Virus record (IMG/VR): IMGVR_UViG_3300035703_000078
Location: 4,288-68,287 of that record
Source of the DNA: a virus
Taxonomy: Duplodnaviria > Caudoviricetes
Length of the DNA: 64,000 bases
Strand: one strand, 5' to 3'
Numbering within the stretch: position 1 is the stretch's first letter; each line of letters starts with the position of its first letter. Below the pieces are notes generated by a model. That model was not told the DNA's origin and made no database searches. It saw only the letters and a program-made list of their open reading frames with translations. This document shows, in pieces, positions 25,884 to 36,613 of the stretch. Both the position numbers and the translations under genes were made by a program.

Positions 25884-28640
25884 TTATTTACATGCGTCTT
25901 TGTATTTTTGTAATATATTATTGAATAGATATACTCTATCAATAGTCTTTAGTCTACCAATAATTTCAGTAAGCACGGCTTCTGGGGTAGATTCTATAAC
26001 CTCGGTTGAAGGTGCTACAGCAGGTTCAGCTGCTACAGTTTCAATAGCTTCTTCTGTTATTGGAGCAGCCTCTGTTACAGGGGCAGCTTCAACTGCTGGA
26101 ACTACTTCAGCTACGGGAGCGGCTTCCATTGCTGGTGCTGCTGGTTGGCTGACAGAAGCCGCAGCAACGCTTAAAGCCCCAGCTGTAGCCACACCAAGAT
26201 CACGGGGAAGGCCGGACTCTACCTCAGATTCTGCCATTGCTTGTATTACTTCTGGAGCTGAAGCACCTAAGTCAGTAGCAACTTGTTGCATTTCTTCGGG
26301 AGATAGTAGTTCAGTTGTTGCAGCTACGGTTGCTGATGGATTGATTAAACCCAATAAAGTTTTAACTCTTTCTCTCTTACCTTTACGCCATTCGTAAAGC
26401 TTTGTAGCTAACTCTTCTGCTGACATGTTTTCTACCGTCTTAGCTGAACTTTGTAATGTTTCTAGTTCCGAGGTTTTAATAGCAATCTTAGAAGTCCTAT
26501 CATCTATTTCTACTTGAAGAATATCTTTTTCTACTTGAGAAATCTTTTTTGATCTTTTGGCTAGTTGTTCTACAAGATCTAGTTTTTGATCTTCTAAGTC
26601 TGATATTTCTTTTTGTTTGGTTTCAATTTCTGGAGTACTTCTAAACTCACGATTAAATTGTTCACGCTCAATGCTGTTCCAGAGATTAAAGATTCTTTCC
26701 TGTGTATCTGGATTAACTCTAGAATCGCTAAGCATAGCAGATAATAGCATATTAGATACATACATATCTTGATCTTCGTCTGTTAATACTTCAGTAGATC
26801 CACTATCTTGCAGTTCTTTTTTCTTTCTAGCAAACTCTTCTTTAGCTGTTTTCAAGGTGGTGTTGGCTTTTTCTGCACTTAGTCTACTAGTAGCTACACC
26901 CCAAGCAGCTGCTGTTCTAAAGTTTAGGGTTGGATTTTTTGGGTCAATAACACCAGCAGTACGCATAGCATACATCATAACAACTGAATCAGTATATAAC
27001 TGTAATTCATAGTTATTCATATCGCCCATGTTACCAACTCTAGCTAAAGATGCAGAAGCTTTTAGTACTTCTTTTAGTTCTGTTGGAAGCTTTTCAAATT
27101 GCTTCTTGGCTGCTTTACCAACATAAGATCCAGTGCCTTTGTCTATTAAACCACCTAGCTTAAAGACACCAGCCTGTGCCATAGTGGCTGCACCACCCAA
27201 TCCAAGTTCACCAACTATTTCTAATGCAATATCGTGAGCTAGGTTTTCTGTACTCCAGCGATATGTATCATCATTATCCATATTATTTAACTGGTTATTT
27301 ATATTATACCAAGCACCAGTAATAATACCATTACCAACACTGGTTCCGACATAGCTAGCGGTTTTACCGGTTATTGATGTAGCGTTTTTAGCAAACCTAC
27401 CCGCTATATTATGAGGTAACCAAGAAGTAACAACCTCAGCACCCTTCCTAAATCGCTGGACTGCATTCAATGTTTTTAAACTTGTTGATCCAATTTTACC
27501 AGCCATTAGTGCCGTTCTTGCCCCAACTAAAGCAGCCGTACTAGTACCAGCAGTTAGAGTACCAAGGCCAACAGTCACTGCAATATCTAGAGGAGCATCT
27601 ACTGAAGCAAACGAATCTCTAACTAATGGTAATACTGTTGTCTTCCAAGCATATCCAGCAGAACTCATTTGTTCTATATCTGATGACATAATGCGTTGGA
27701 AAGCATTTGTATCAATAAATTCATTTAGTTCATAAAAGAAATCTAATTCATGCCTAGTATCCTTTAATCTAGATTGAACATTAAATCCATTTGTTTCAAA
27801 CCAGGCTGCTGCGCCTGGGTTTGTTTTAGTAAAAGCTTCCCATGCTTTGTTATAGTTCCAGTTAGGATTAGCTGGCAGGTTAGCGGCTAAATCAAATGGA
27901 TCAGACGAATAATAGTTTCTTCCAAATGTATTAAATCCTTTATACCCAAATACATTTAATACTTCTTCCGCTGCATTAAACCGATCCTCTGGATCTACGC
28001 CAGGAAGAAACTGAACCCAGTTAGCAAGAGCACCATACTCAGCCCACCCTGCCATTCCCTTTAATCTTTCTAATGTTTGCTTTCTTTTTTCTGGATCTAA
28101 TGACATGTTAAGCTTGTTTAATTCTTCATAGAAAGAATCTGTATTAAACTCAGAACCCATCATTCGTAAAGCAACTTGACCAAGGGCTGTATTCTCAAAC
28201 CCAAAGATACCTTCTACATTATCCCTACCCTGTGATACCGTCCACTGTAGTTCATCTCTTGCTGGCTGACCGAATAATAATTTACCAGTAACATTGTTTC
28301 TAAATACCATTGGACCTATGTTATTTAATTCTCTGCTTCTAACTGTAGCTTCATCTGCCAGTTGATCTGTAGAACTAGGATCTCTACCTAAAGAAGATTG
28401 CCACTCTTTAGCTGCTTGCTTTTTCTTTTCTTCTTCTGCACTTTCATCTACTGGTTTAATGTAAGACTCTTTTATATAAGAGTTAATATAATCGTACAAC
28501 TGAATATCATTAGAGTATTCGTTGTATGCTTTTATATCTGCTCTTACTAATTCATTGTCTTCATCCTTAACTACTGGTATAAGTAAAGAAGAAAAATCTT
28601 TAGGATTAAAGGACTCACCTAATAAGTTGTACTGGTTCAT
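25884..28640 (-). CDS. internal virion protein
   Basis: 918 aa; Gly/Ala-rich hydrophobic segments, coiled coil, Ala/Pro/Glu linker; position in the ejection-protein cluster. Confidence 0.65.
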   Translation of the reverse strand: MNQYNLLGESFNPKDFSSLLIPVVKDEDNELVRADIKAYNEYSNDIQLYDYINSYIKESYIKPVDESAEEEKKKQAAKEWQSSLGRDPSSTDQLADEATVRSRELNNIGPMVFRNNVTGKLLFGQPARDELQWTVSQGRDNVEGIFGFENTALGQVALRMMGSEFNTDSFYEELNKLNMSLDPEKRKQTLERLKGMAGWAEYGALANWVQFLPGVDPEDRFNAAEEVLNVFGYKGFNTFGRNYYSSDPFDLAANLPANPNWNYNKAWEAFTKTNPGAAAWFETNGFNVQSRLKDTRHELDFFYELNEFIDTNAFQRIMSSDIEQMSSAGYAWKTTVLPLVRDSFASVDAPLDIAVTVGLGTLTAGTSTAALVGARTALMAGKIGSTSLKTLNAVQRFRKGAEVVTSWLPHNIAGRFAKNATSITGKTASYVGTSVGNGIITGAWYNINNQLNNMDNDDTYRWSTENLAHDIALEIVGELGLGGAATMAQAGVFKLGGLIDKGTGSYVGKAAKKQFEKLPTELKEVLKASASLARVGNMGDMNNYELQLYTDSVVMMYAMRTAGVIDPKNPTLNFRTAAAWGVATSRLSAEKANTTLKTAKEEFARKKKELQDSGSTEVLTDEDQDMYVSNMLLSAMLSDSRVNPDTQERIFNLWNSIEREQFNREFRSTPEIETKQKEISDLEDQKLDLVEQLAKRSKKISQVEKDILQVEIDDRTSKIAIKTSELETLQSSAKTVENMSAEELATKLYEWRKGKRERVKTLLGLINPSATVAATTELLSPEEMQQVATDLGASAPEVIQAMAESEVESGLPRDLGVATAGALSVAAASVSQPAAPAMEAAPVAEVVPAVEAAPVTEAAPITEEAIETVAAEPAVAPSTEVIESTPEAVLTEIIGRLKTIDRVYLFNNILQKYKDACK

Positions 28641-31600
28641 TTATTACTGTCTCCCTTAAAGTGAATCCAAGGATGGCCATAATTAGGATGGCCACGTTCG
28701 TGGATAAAGTTTTCTCTAATGAAATCAAGTTGTCTTTGCATATTCTTTAATTGAATTTGGCTAGCAAAAGAACCAGTTAGTTCTACAGGAAACATACTAG
28801 GATCAAAAGCAATTCTATAACTTACCGGAAATGGTGTTCCATCCTCTGTTGAAACTAGTTGTGTAACTTTAGCATCTTTACCAAAGTTAATTTTAAATGT
28901 TGATGTATCTCTGTTTGATGCAACATCACTAAATATGCCATTACCTACAGCAAATAAATCATCTGGTAGTATTTTAAACCCACTACCTAAAATATCATTA
29001 GCAGTCATTAAAACCATAGCATTTGTTTTTGATCTTGCATCTGAACCACCAGCAAGTCTACTAGCGGAATCATTAATTTTAGCTATAGTTGACGGATCAA
29101 GTTTCTGGCCATTTAAAGCTGAAGTAATAATTTTTGTTAGATCTTCTTTAAAAGCGTCTTCACTTAATCTATTTTTAGAGCGTTCTCCAAATAACCAGAT
29201 AGTAGCATAAGTAGATTCCTTACCGCGCATGCCCGGAATATAACGTTCATCATCAAAAAGAGGATTATCTTTTCTGTCTTCTTCAATAGTATTAGATTCA
29301 GTAAAAGAACCAGGAACGGCTTGAATTGAATCTGGAACAGCCAGCATAGGCATTCTATATTTTTCGTGCTCTGCTGGAATAATTATATTACCTGCTTCCG
29401 CTACCATTGCCGGGTCTGTTCCCCAGTTTAAAGTCTTCCAAGAACCAACCTCATAACTTCTATAGTTTGGAATTACGATATTTCCCCTACTACTACCAAA
29501 GAAAGAATCATAGTCTTGCCAAGTTGATAGGACTTCTACTAGGTTTGTGCTGTTTGGTTCAACGGTACGATGAGCTTCTAAGAAACTAGTAAAGTCCCTA
29601 TTAGTAGAAAGAGATCCTGTTAAGGTTTCTACAATAAATCCAAAGTTATCATTTGTTAGTTCTACTAAACTTAGATTTCTACTATCATCATAAGTTGTCA
29701 TATACAACGATACAATACCATCTTTATTAACATCAACAGGCATACCAGAAGCATTAGCTAATGCTACTACAATAGCTGTTTGTTTTTCTGTTTCTGAATT
29801 ACCTGGAATTTTCCATCCAGATTGTTCCCAATATCCCAAAACAGCATTGCCATCATCTCGTATACTAATAGATGCTTCATCGTTTATAAGTGTTCTAACA
29901 TTAAATGGAGCTAACAAACCAGCAGTAGTAATAAAATCTTGCGTACCCGACCCTCCCCATGAAGTTGATTGTGGTAGCTTGGTAAGATCCATTCCCTTAC
30001 CTCTTATGTTATCTTCCGTATGAAGCATTAAAGATTTAAATAAATATTTAGCTACTTTATCAAGCCTGCTTTGTTCTGCTGTCATTTTATCTGTTAAAGT
30101 TTTTTTAGCTGTACCAGTTAATCTAGCAAATGTATCGTTTGGATTACTAGGAATAAATCTAATACCATTTGTTTTACCAAACTCTGGATTGTCAGCTAAC
30201 TTAAGTTCTACTAGTTTTCTAAGAGTTGGTCTATATGAACTTAAATCAGATCCTACTAAAAGTTGATTAATTCTAGTTTGTACTCTTTGTAACATAACAT
30301 AAGGATCACCTTTAGACTCAATAGTAGCTTTTGCTGCAATGCCATCTGCAACCGCAAATAAATACATCATCTCTTGTTTTGCTGTTTCCATTGTTAATTG
30401 AGCGTTACCATTATTAGAACCCAAGGCTGTAAATGCTTTTCGTAATGTTGGTAAAAACTGTGAATTGCTATCAGATGTTCCACTAGTTACTCTATACACA
30501 AGTCTTGCATAATTTTCTGTATTTGTATTACCTGCTCCATCAACTAATTGAATTGTTGCAACATCGTTATCACCCATGATAGGCGATAAAAAGGGTTCTT
30601 TTGGACTTATGTTACTTGATCTAAATAAAGCAGCATACTCATCTTGAGTTCTTAATATAGTCTCTACCACTTGCCTTAATGCAGCTTGCTGTGATGCTAA
30701 CTCTTCTGGTTTGTTTCCTACTATAGACGGATTGTTAGAAGCCTCCATTAATACCATTTCTTGAACAGCCAAAGTATTGAGTTCAGCCCTAATATCATTT
30801 AGTTTAGCTCTGTATGCAATTGGAGATTCTTTTAATAAGGCATCTAATTCTTTTTGCCTCATATCCGCTATTTCTTTTAGTCTTTCAGTTAGTTGTTTTG
30901 GTAAAGGAATTCCACCAACTCCTTGAGGTATTTCAAAACTATACTGATTATTACCTATTGTTTTACCATAAGTAAATCTACTAGCAGCTTCTACGGTTCT
31001 TTGTGCAATTGAAGCTAAAGCAGGATTATCATGTACAAGCTTAAATACAACTCCCGATCTTTCAGGAAAATTATTGGCTGCTGTAGTTAAATCTCTAAAA
31101 TGATTTTTTTCAAACACACCAGAAAAAGTAGGTCCTCCCGTTTTTGCTACAGCCCTTACAACACTATCTATTGTTTCATTTATTTTTTTATTTAAACTCT
31201 GAGTTAGCTTATCACCTTTAGATACAGAGTCTGATATAGCTTTCATTTCTTCTGTTAAAGAAGGAAGTTTTCCGTACTTAGCAATGACAGCATTCATTTC
31301 TGGTGTTCTAGCAACACCATCGGTATTAGCTGCAATAAATAGTTCATAGTCTTCTGGAGGTAATCCTAAACCAAGTGTCCAGATTTGCAATCCATTTTCA
31401 CCCCGTAGTCTATTGCTTGTATTACTAGATCGCAAAGCTTCTAGTCTTAAGAATGCTGGAGAATTGCCACTCATACCAAGTTGTTTAACCGTAGCATCTA
31501 AAGCAACAGCTAAACCATAGGCTGATTGAGGACCTTCAATTTGCAATGTTTCAAATGGAGCAGTAGCAGCAGTTAGTTGTTCGGAAACACCCTTTGCAAA

Positions 31601-32995
31601 TCTATCATTAGAAGATAAAACACCAGTAACAGCTAGTTCAATCTTATCTCTATTGGTTGATGCAAAGCTAGGTTGATCGTATATCTTTTTTAAATCTTCA
31701 GGAGAAATTGCTGGTGGTGTGGGAACAAAACCCATCTGGCTTAATATTCTTCTTTGAGCTGGTGTAGCCGTTTCCCAAACCTTAATAACTAGATCGGTAC
31801 TAAATGTTGTTGCTTGGTTATAATTAAATCTATTTGCTTCCGCGGTTGTTACTAATGAACTTATTAATGCAGCTGTTGCTTCGTTGCGATCTTTGCCATC
31901 TAATGGATTTATGGTTGCAAGCAAAGCTGTTACTTCGGCTCCATTTTTACTAGGATCTACATTTAATGGAGTCTGGCTAAATGACATTCTAGTATAAGCT
32001 TTATTTGTTTCTTCTTGAACCGCAGTAGCTTTAGCCATTTTTAAACCATACTCTCTTGACAATTGAGTTGATTTAGCTGTAATCAAGTTAGACATTGTTT
32101 GATCAAATGGAGAAAAGATTTCAGAGCTTGAGTTGATATTAAGATTACTTAATAAAACACTTTGAATAACATCTGCTGATGCTCTATTTTCTCTGATTAA
32201 CTGAGCTTGACCGAGGGTTTGTTCAAACTGTGGTAATGACCCCTCAGCTTCAGCTTGCCTTCTAAGTTCTTGCATTGGTATGTTATCACCAAGTTCTTCT
32301 GAAAGCATAGCATCTAAAACATCATTTATATATCCGCTATTTCTTTCTAAAGCTAGTTTACCCTGTGTAATAGCATTTTCATTATTGAAATTTATTACAT
32401 CTCTTTCATAGCCCAGTCTGGTAGAAACAGCTTGTTCATTTCCATAGGATAATTCGTATTTAAAAGTATCTTCAAATTGTCTAAGTCTATCTTCTGGTGA
32501 TAGTGTTAGTGTTTCTTGTTGAAAAGTAGTATAGGCTGATTGAAAAATTCCTGTTGAATCTGGATCTTGGTCTAACCAATCACCATAAAGTTGTGCTTTT
32601 CTTGTTTTATTTGCACCATTGCTGGGAGCTTCATCTAATATTTTAATTAGTTGATTCCTTTTTTCTTCTGCGCTTAAGTCAGAATTATCAAGTATTGCTC
32701 TTCTTTTACTTTTATCCCCTTCCCATGCATCAGCATACCACTCTTGCCAGCTAACATTATTATTAAACTCTACAAGCTGTGCCATGTTTTGTGCTGTATT
32801 TACAACACCACCAGCAATAATAGAAAGATTAGCATATAAAGCTTCATCTCCGCTAGGACCAACGGCTGTTTGTGGAGCACCAACTTGGTATCTACCTCCA
32901 ACCGTTCTACCGGGTTCTGCAACAGAGCCTGGAGTTACATTTAAATCCAAACCACGATTACCACCAATTTTTAAAATGTTAGGATCTATAGCCAT
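28637..32995 (-). CDS. internal virion protein (gp15 position)
   Basis: 1452 aa, helical; follows the gp14-like gene. Confidence 0.65.
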   Translation of the reverse strand: MAIDPNILKIGGNRGLDLNVTPGSVAEPGRTVGGRYQVGAPQTAVGPSGDEALYANLSIIAGGVVNTAQNMAQLVEFNNNVSWQEWYADAWEGDKSKRRAILDNSDLSAEEKRNQLIKILDEAPSNGANKTRKAQLYGDWLDQDPDSTGIFQSAYTTFQQETLTLSPEDRLRQFEDTFKYELSYGNEQAVSTRLGYERDVINFNNENAITQGKLALERNSGYINDVLDAMLSEELGDNIPMQELRRQAEAEGSLPQFEQTLGQAQLIRENRASADVIQSVLLSNLNINSSSEIFSPFDQTMSNLITAKSTQLSREYGLKMAKATAVQEETNKAYTRMSFSQTPLNVDPSKNGAEVTALLATINPLDGKDRNEATAALISSLVTTAEANRFNYNQATTFSTDLVIKVWETATPAQRRILSQMGFVPTPPAISPEDLKKIYDQPSFASTNRDKIELAVTGVLSSNDRFAKGVSEQLTAATAPFETLQIEGPQSAYGLAVALDATVKQLGMSGNSPAFLRLEALRSSNTSNRLRGENGLQIWTLGLGLPPEDYELFIAANTDGVARTPEMNAVIAKYGKLPSLTEEMKAISDSVSKGDKLTQSLNKKINETIDSVVRAVAKTGGPTFSGVFEKNHFRDLTTAANNFPERSGVVFKLVHDNPALASIAQRTVEAASRFTYGKTIGNNQYSFEIPQGVGGIPLPKQLTERLKEIADMRQKELDALLKESPIAYRAKLNDIRAELNTLAVQEMVLMEASNNPSIVGNKPEELASQQAALRQVVETILRTQDEYAALFRSSNISPKEPFLSPIMGDNDVATIQLVDGAGNTNTENYARLVYRVTSGTSDSNSQFLPTLRKAFTALGSNNGNAQLTMETAKQEMMYLFAVADGIAAKATIESKGDPYVMLQRVQTRINQLLVGSDLSSYRPTLRKLVELKLADNPEFGKTNGIRFIPSNPNDTFARLTGTAKKTLTDKMTAEQSRLDKVAKYLFKSLMLHTEDNIRGKGMDLTKLPQSTSWGGSGTQDFITTAGLLAPFNVRTLINDEASISIRDDGNAVLGYWEQSGWKIPGNSETEKQTAIVVALANASGMPVDVNKDGIVSLYMTTYDDSRNLSLVELTNDNFGFIVETLTGSLSTNRDFTSFLEAHRTVEPNSTNLVEVLSTWQDYDSFFGSSRGNIVIPNYRSYEVGSWKTLNWGTDPAMVAEAGNIIIPAEHEKYRMPMLAVPDSIQAVPGSFTESNTIEEDRKDNPLFDDERYIPGMRGKESTYATIWLFGERSKNRLSEDAFKEDLTKIITSALNGQKLDPSTIAKINDSASRLAGGSDARSKTNAMVLMTANDILGSGFKILPDDLFAVGNGIFSDVASNRDTSTFKINFGKDAKVTQLVSTEDGTPFPVSYRIAFDPSMFPVELTGSFASQIQLKNMQRQLDFIRENFIHERGHPNYGHPWIHFKGDSNK

Positions 32996-33013
32996 TATTA
33001 ACCTCCAGGTTTA

Positions 33014-33790
33014 TTATCCTAAAATACCACCACTCATACCAAACAATCCACCTATACCACCACTACCCATAGCATTAGAAAGCTGTGCGCCACCTAGCAT
33101 ACCGCCAAATGCTCCAGAAACACCGGACATAATGCCTTCAAGCAATGGAGAACCAGTATCCTGTAGCTGTGGAGCCGCATCATAACCCTGGAAATCAGCA
33201 ATAAATACATTCTCTGTTCTATTGTTTAGCATATTCTTTGTTTGGGTATTGATATTCTTAACTTGCTGGGCAAATTCCATTTCTTGTCTACCATTTTCTT
33301 CCATCAAAGACTTGGCTTGAGCCATTAACATAGCTGTAGTAGATCCTGATTTAGCAGCTAAACCTCTAGCACCAACTGACGCAGTTAAAGATGCTCTTTG
33401 TGCTGCTGCAAGATTATATGTCTGCTCTTGTTTCATTGTATTAGCAACCTTAGCAGCACCCATTGCATCATAGTTATAAGCAAAAGCTGTTTCGGATATT
33501 TGTCTATTCTTTTTAAGTTGGTTTTCAAACTGCTGTACGGCTTCTAGCTGAGCTTTAGAATTATTCCAAGCTTTCTGTACAGTTGCTGCACCCCATTTAG
33601 CTAGGGCTTCTTCGTTTTCTCTTTCCGCCTTTGCTTGCTTTGCCATTCCGCCCATAACACCCTGAGCTAATGACATAGCTCCAAGGGCAATAGGCAAGAA
33701 GCAAAGATTTTCCGAAGGGAATAAATAATTAACAAGTGAAACAATAGAAATAAACAATACTGAAGCAATAAATTCTTTTACCATCCCCAT
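33014..33790 (-). CDS. internal virion protein (gp14-like)
   Basis: CFLPIALGAMSLAQG start of the hydrophobic segment, Gln/Ala-rich helix, ARGLAAKSGS, Gly-rich C-terminus. Confidence 0.65.
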   Translation of the reverse strand: MGMVKEFIASVLFISIVSLVNYLFPSENLCFLPIALGAMSLAQGVMGGMAKQAKAERENEEALAKWGAATVQKAWNNSKAQLEAVQQFENQLKKNRQISETAFAYNYDAMGAAKVANTMKQEQTYNLAAAQRASLTASVGARGLAAKSGSTTAMLMAQAKSLMEENGRQEMEFAQQVKNINTQTKNMLNNRTENVFIADFQGYDAAPQLQDTGSPLLEGIMSGVSGAFGGMLGGAQLSNAMGSGGIGGLFGMSGGILG

Positions 33791-35442
33791 TGACTTTTAC
33801 CTTTCTTTTTAGGTTTATGATTGGTTGCAATTAACTTGGTAGCTCCGCTATTGGGATAATAGTCACCAGCTCTAAAGTTTTCAGACCAATTCTTTACTCT
33901 CTTTTGCCAAGCTTTCTTTTCTAAATCCTTGGCTGTTTTCTCTGTATCCATTGACATATGGCTTTTATAAAAATCTACAGCAGCAGATAAAGCATCAACA
34001 CGGTCATCGTGACGCAAAGCACCGCGACCACGGTGTAGTCTTGTAATCTGCATTTGATTTTGCTCATCTTTAATAGCCTTTCGGGCTATAACTAATCTAT
34101 GCATAGCCATAACAGGTTCTAAGGTTTCTATAATTCTCAGTTCCTTTTGGCCAGTCACTTTGAATTCTTCTACTCCAACTTTACCACAATGCTCTATTAA
34201 GAATGGAATTAATACCTTAGTAAACAAGCCATCACCAAAGTTAGACTCAACACGAACTAATGGTATTTTATATTCCTTTACTAACTTTGCAATCTTTAAC
34301 AGAGTAGCATCGCTGTACCCACCCTCTATTCCAAGAAGTTCATGTACAAATATCATACCACTTAGAACAGAGGCTATACAAACTCCGGTTTGGTCTGTGC
34401 CTCTGCCGGAAGGATCTATAGTTAAATGCATATGTTGCCACGGCATATAAGAACTAGACACATGCATTGGCTCGGGAATTAAGTCGCCAGAAATACCAAA
34501 CATGGGCATACCCTGTAATCCATTCTGCCCTTGCCATACTAACCTATCCGGCCCTACTTCCGGGTCTATGTCTATAACTAATAGGTCCCGTAACTTAAGT
34601 GGGTATCTATCAGCATCAGCTAGGCTAGTTATCAGACGATACTGTAGGGCATAGGCACTAGGCCCCATTTTAGCCTGTCTGGCGGCTAGCTCGTTTCGGT
34701 CGAACCGCTCTGGCTGTGTAGCGTCCCCTGGCTCTATATCCAAATCTAGGACCCAGGGAGCCACGTCCTCGACCTCATGGGGTATGGTTATATTTGGCAT
34801 CTCTGCTGGGTACTTAATCATGGGATAAGAACCCTTAAGGACATTGTAAATAGAGTCCTGATAATGGGGTGTACCTAGGAAGATAACCCTTGATGGTTTG
34901 TTACGAATAGATTCAAGTTCGTTTAACTTCTTCAGTAGGTTCTCTTTACCTATTGGAGTCTCGTTCTTACCAGCAATCTCGATGTCATCTAAGATAATAC
35001 GATCAGCGTGAAGACCTGTAATCTGCCCTGTAATACCTCTGGCAGCGCAGCTTAAGTCCTGTGTAAACTTGGTTCTAATGGCTACATTAAAACCAAGGGC
35101 ATTGTCCTTATCCGTATCTCCGGGGATTAGATGTACACAATAAGGAACAACAGATAGAATTTTTCTAGCCTGAGAAACAAAGTCAATGGCTTTGCCCTGA
35201 GTATTAGACAGTACAAGGAAAGTACAGTTGGGGTTTTTTAACCACTCCCAACTAGCCAAGCAAGCGGTAATGGTAGACTTACCAGTACCACGGCCTGCCG
35301 CAATGATCTGATCATCGGGGCCTTCTTGTATCTGTCTGGCTAACTCATATTGGATTCGTGTTGGTTCTCCCAGTCCAAGATGTTTAAAACAAAAGTATAG
35401 GTGATTTCTAAAATCGTCAGTTACTTCCTGGGGAACACGCAT
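33778..35442 (-). CDS. terminase large subunit (T7 gp19-like)
   Basis: Walker A AGRGTGKS, GQITGLHAD-IILDDIE, LGTPH, IDPSGRGTD, VESNFGDG, HDDRVDAL. Confidence 0.96.
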   Translation of the reverse strand: MRVPQEVTDDFRNHLYFCFKHLGLGEPTRIQYELARQIQEGPDDQIIAAGRGTGKSTITACLASWEWLKNPNCTFLVLSNTQGKAIDFVSQARKILSVVPYCVHLIPGDTDKDNALGFNVAIRTKFTQDLSCAARGITGQITGLHADRIILDDIEIAGKNETPIGKENLLKKLNELESIRNKPSRVIFLGTPHYQDSIYNVLKGSYPMIKYPAEMPNITIPHEVEDVAPWVLDLDIEPGDATQPERFDRNELAARQAKMGPSAYALQYRLITSLADADRYPLKLRDLLVIDIDPEVGPDRLVWQGQNGLQGMPMFGISGDLIPEPMHVSSSYMPWQHMHLTIDPSGRGTDQTGVCIASVLSGMIFVHELLGIEGGYSDATLLKIAKLVKEYKIPLVRVESNFGDGLFTKVLIPFLIEHCGKVGVEEFKVTGQKELRIIETLEPVMAMHRLVIARKAIKDEQNQMQITRLHRGRGALRHDDRVDALSAAVDFYKSHMSMDTEKTAKDLEKKAWQKRVKNWSENFRAGDYYPNSGATKLIATNHKPKKKGKSQWGW

Positions 35443-35454
35443 CCTTATCTCCTA

Positions 35455-35676
35455 TTAATAAGCAGCCTTATTCATCTTAAACGGGGCTGCATTCTTCATG
35501 GCTAGTTCTACGGCTTCAATAGATTCACTAGGAATCTTATTGACCTGATCCTTATGATCACTAAGGATACCGCGAACTACAGTATAGAAACCAGGAGTAC
35601 ACTTGGATTCATCGCCAAAGTCGGCAATCAATCTGTCAATTAATAACTCCTGTAGCTTACTTAGTTGTTCTTTCAT
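35455..35676 (-). CDS. terminase small subunit (gp18-like)
   Basis: Likely start MKEQLSKLQELL; size and position directly before TerL; C-terminal PF. Confidence 0.65.
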   Translation of the reverse strand: MKEQLSKLQELLIDRLIADFGDESKCTPGFYTVVRGILSDHKDQVNKIPSESIEAVELAMKNAAPFKMNKAAY

Positions 35677-35677
35677 A

Positions 35678-35779
35678 TTACTTGCTACCAAACTTGCTGA
35701 TTGGGAAAATGTGACCGAGAACATAACCAACAACAAAAGCCATACCAGCAAACCAAAGACTACCTAAAAATGATTCCAT
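35678..35779 (-). CDS. 33-aa single-TM peptide in the lysis cassette
   Basis: AAGGAG SD; MESFLGSLWFAGMAFVVGYVLGHIFPISKFGSK. Confidence 0.55.
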   Translation of the reverse strand: MESFLGSLWFAGMAFVVGYVLGHIFPISKFGSK

Positions 35780-35780
35780 G

Positions 35781-36326
35781 TTATTTCTCCTTACTTAATT
35801 TAGTGTAAGCTGCATCAAAAGCTTTATCAGATGCCCGTAATGCAGCAACCATTTCCCTAGGGGTAACTGGATCAGACTCATCTAGCGTTTTCTTAGCTAG
35901 CTCAGCCTGCTCTAGTTTAGCTTTAGGAATAAATAAACCTAAAGAATAGAATATACTCTTAAGTAATGATCCTAACCCAGTATACCATAGTATAAAACAT
36001 ATAGCTATAATACTAAGTGCTACCATTATATAAGATAATAAACTAGCCCACCAAGGAACCTCGTCTTCTACTTTAGTTAACGAAACTAATGTAGACTTTG
36101 TTAAACCAACTATAGTATCTTGTTCATCCATACCAGCCGAGCATTCAGACTGGATCGATGCAACATCTATAACCTTGGTTTTTGTGGCTTCATCAATCCT
36201 AGTAAATCTTTCTTTAGATGATTGAGCTAAAGTTGATACTTCATTAGCATCCTTAGCAATCTGCGCAGTAGGTGATTTACAACCTACAGTAAATAATAAA
36301 CAAAAAAGTAGTATTAGTCTATTCAT
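35781..36326 (-). CDS. lipoprotein with a downstream TM helix (u-spanin-like)
   Basis: Lipobox LFTVG-C, helical linker, TM WWASLLSYIMVALSIIAICFILW. Confidence 0.55.
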   Translation of the reverse strand: MNRLILLFCLLFTVGCKSPTAQIAKDANEVSTLAQSSKERFTRIDEATKTKVIDVASIQSECSAGMDEQDTIVGLTKSTLVSLTKVEDEVPWWASLLSYIMVALSIIAICFILWYTGLGSLLKSIFYSLGLFIPKAKLEQAELAKKTLDESDPVTPREMVAALRASDKAFDAAYTKLSKEK

Positions 36327-36613
36327 TATCGCCTTCTTTCTAGTTCTACAACCCGTGATTTAAGATCTTCTAACATGGCTTTATGTGTGGCATCATTAGA
36401 TGAAATCTGAATCTGAGCTTTAACTAGATCTTGGACAATAACCTTTAGTTCTAATAAATCCTGGTTTTGTTTGTCGAGTTGTTGTGTTCGTTTGCCAATA
36501 TCAACAAAGAATCCACCAACACCAACACTAAGAACTACCAATTGAATCCACTGAATTACTGATGAAACATTTGGCTTTTCGTTTTCCATGTTATTACTCC
36601 TCTGTAAAATCAC
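36326..36613 (-). CDS. holin-like membrane protein
   Basis: One TM helix plus coiled coil; follows the tail fibre (the start may be ATG 36589). Confidence 0.5.
   Translation of the reverse strand: MILQRSNNMENEKPNVSSVIQWIQLVVLSVGVGGFFVDIGKRTQQLDKQNQDLLELKVIVQDLVKAQIQISSNDATHKAMLEDLKSRVVELERRR

Noticed and set aside
25872-25886. Stop read-through fusing the 918-aa and 4035-aa proteins
   Set aside because: The two ORFs are in different frames and the giant gene has its own AAGGAG SD
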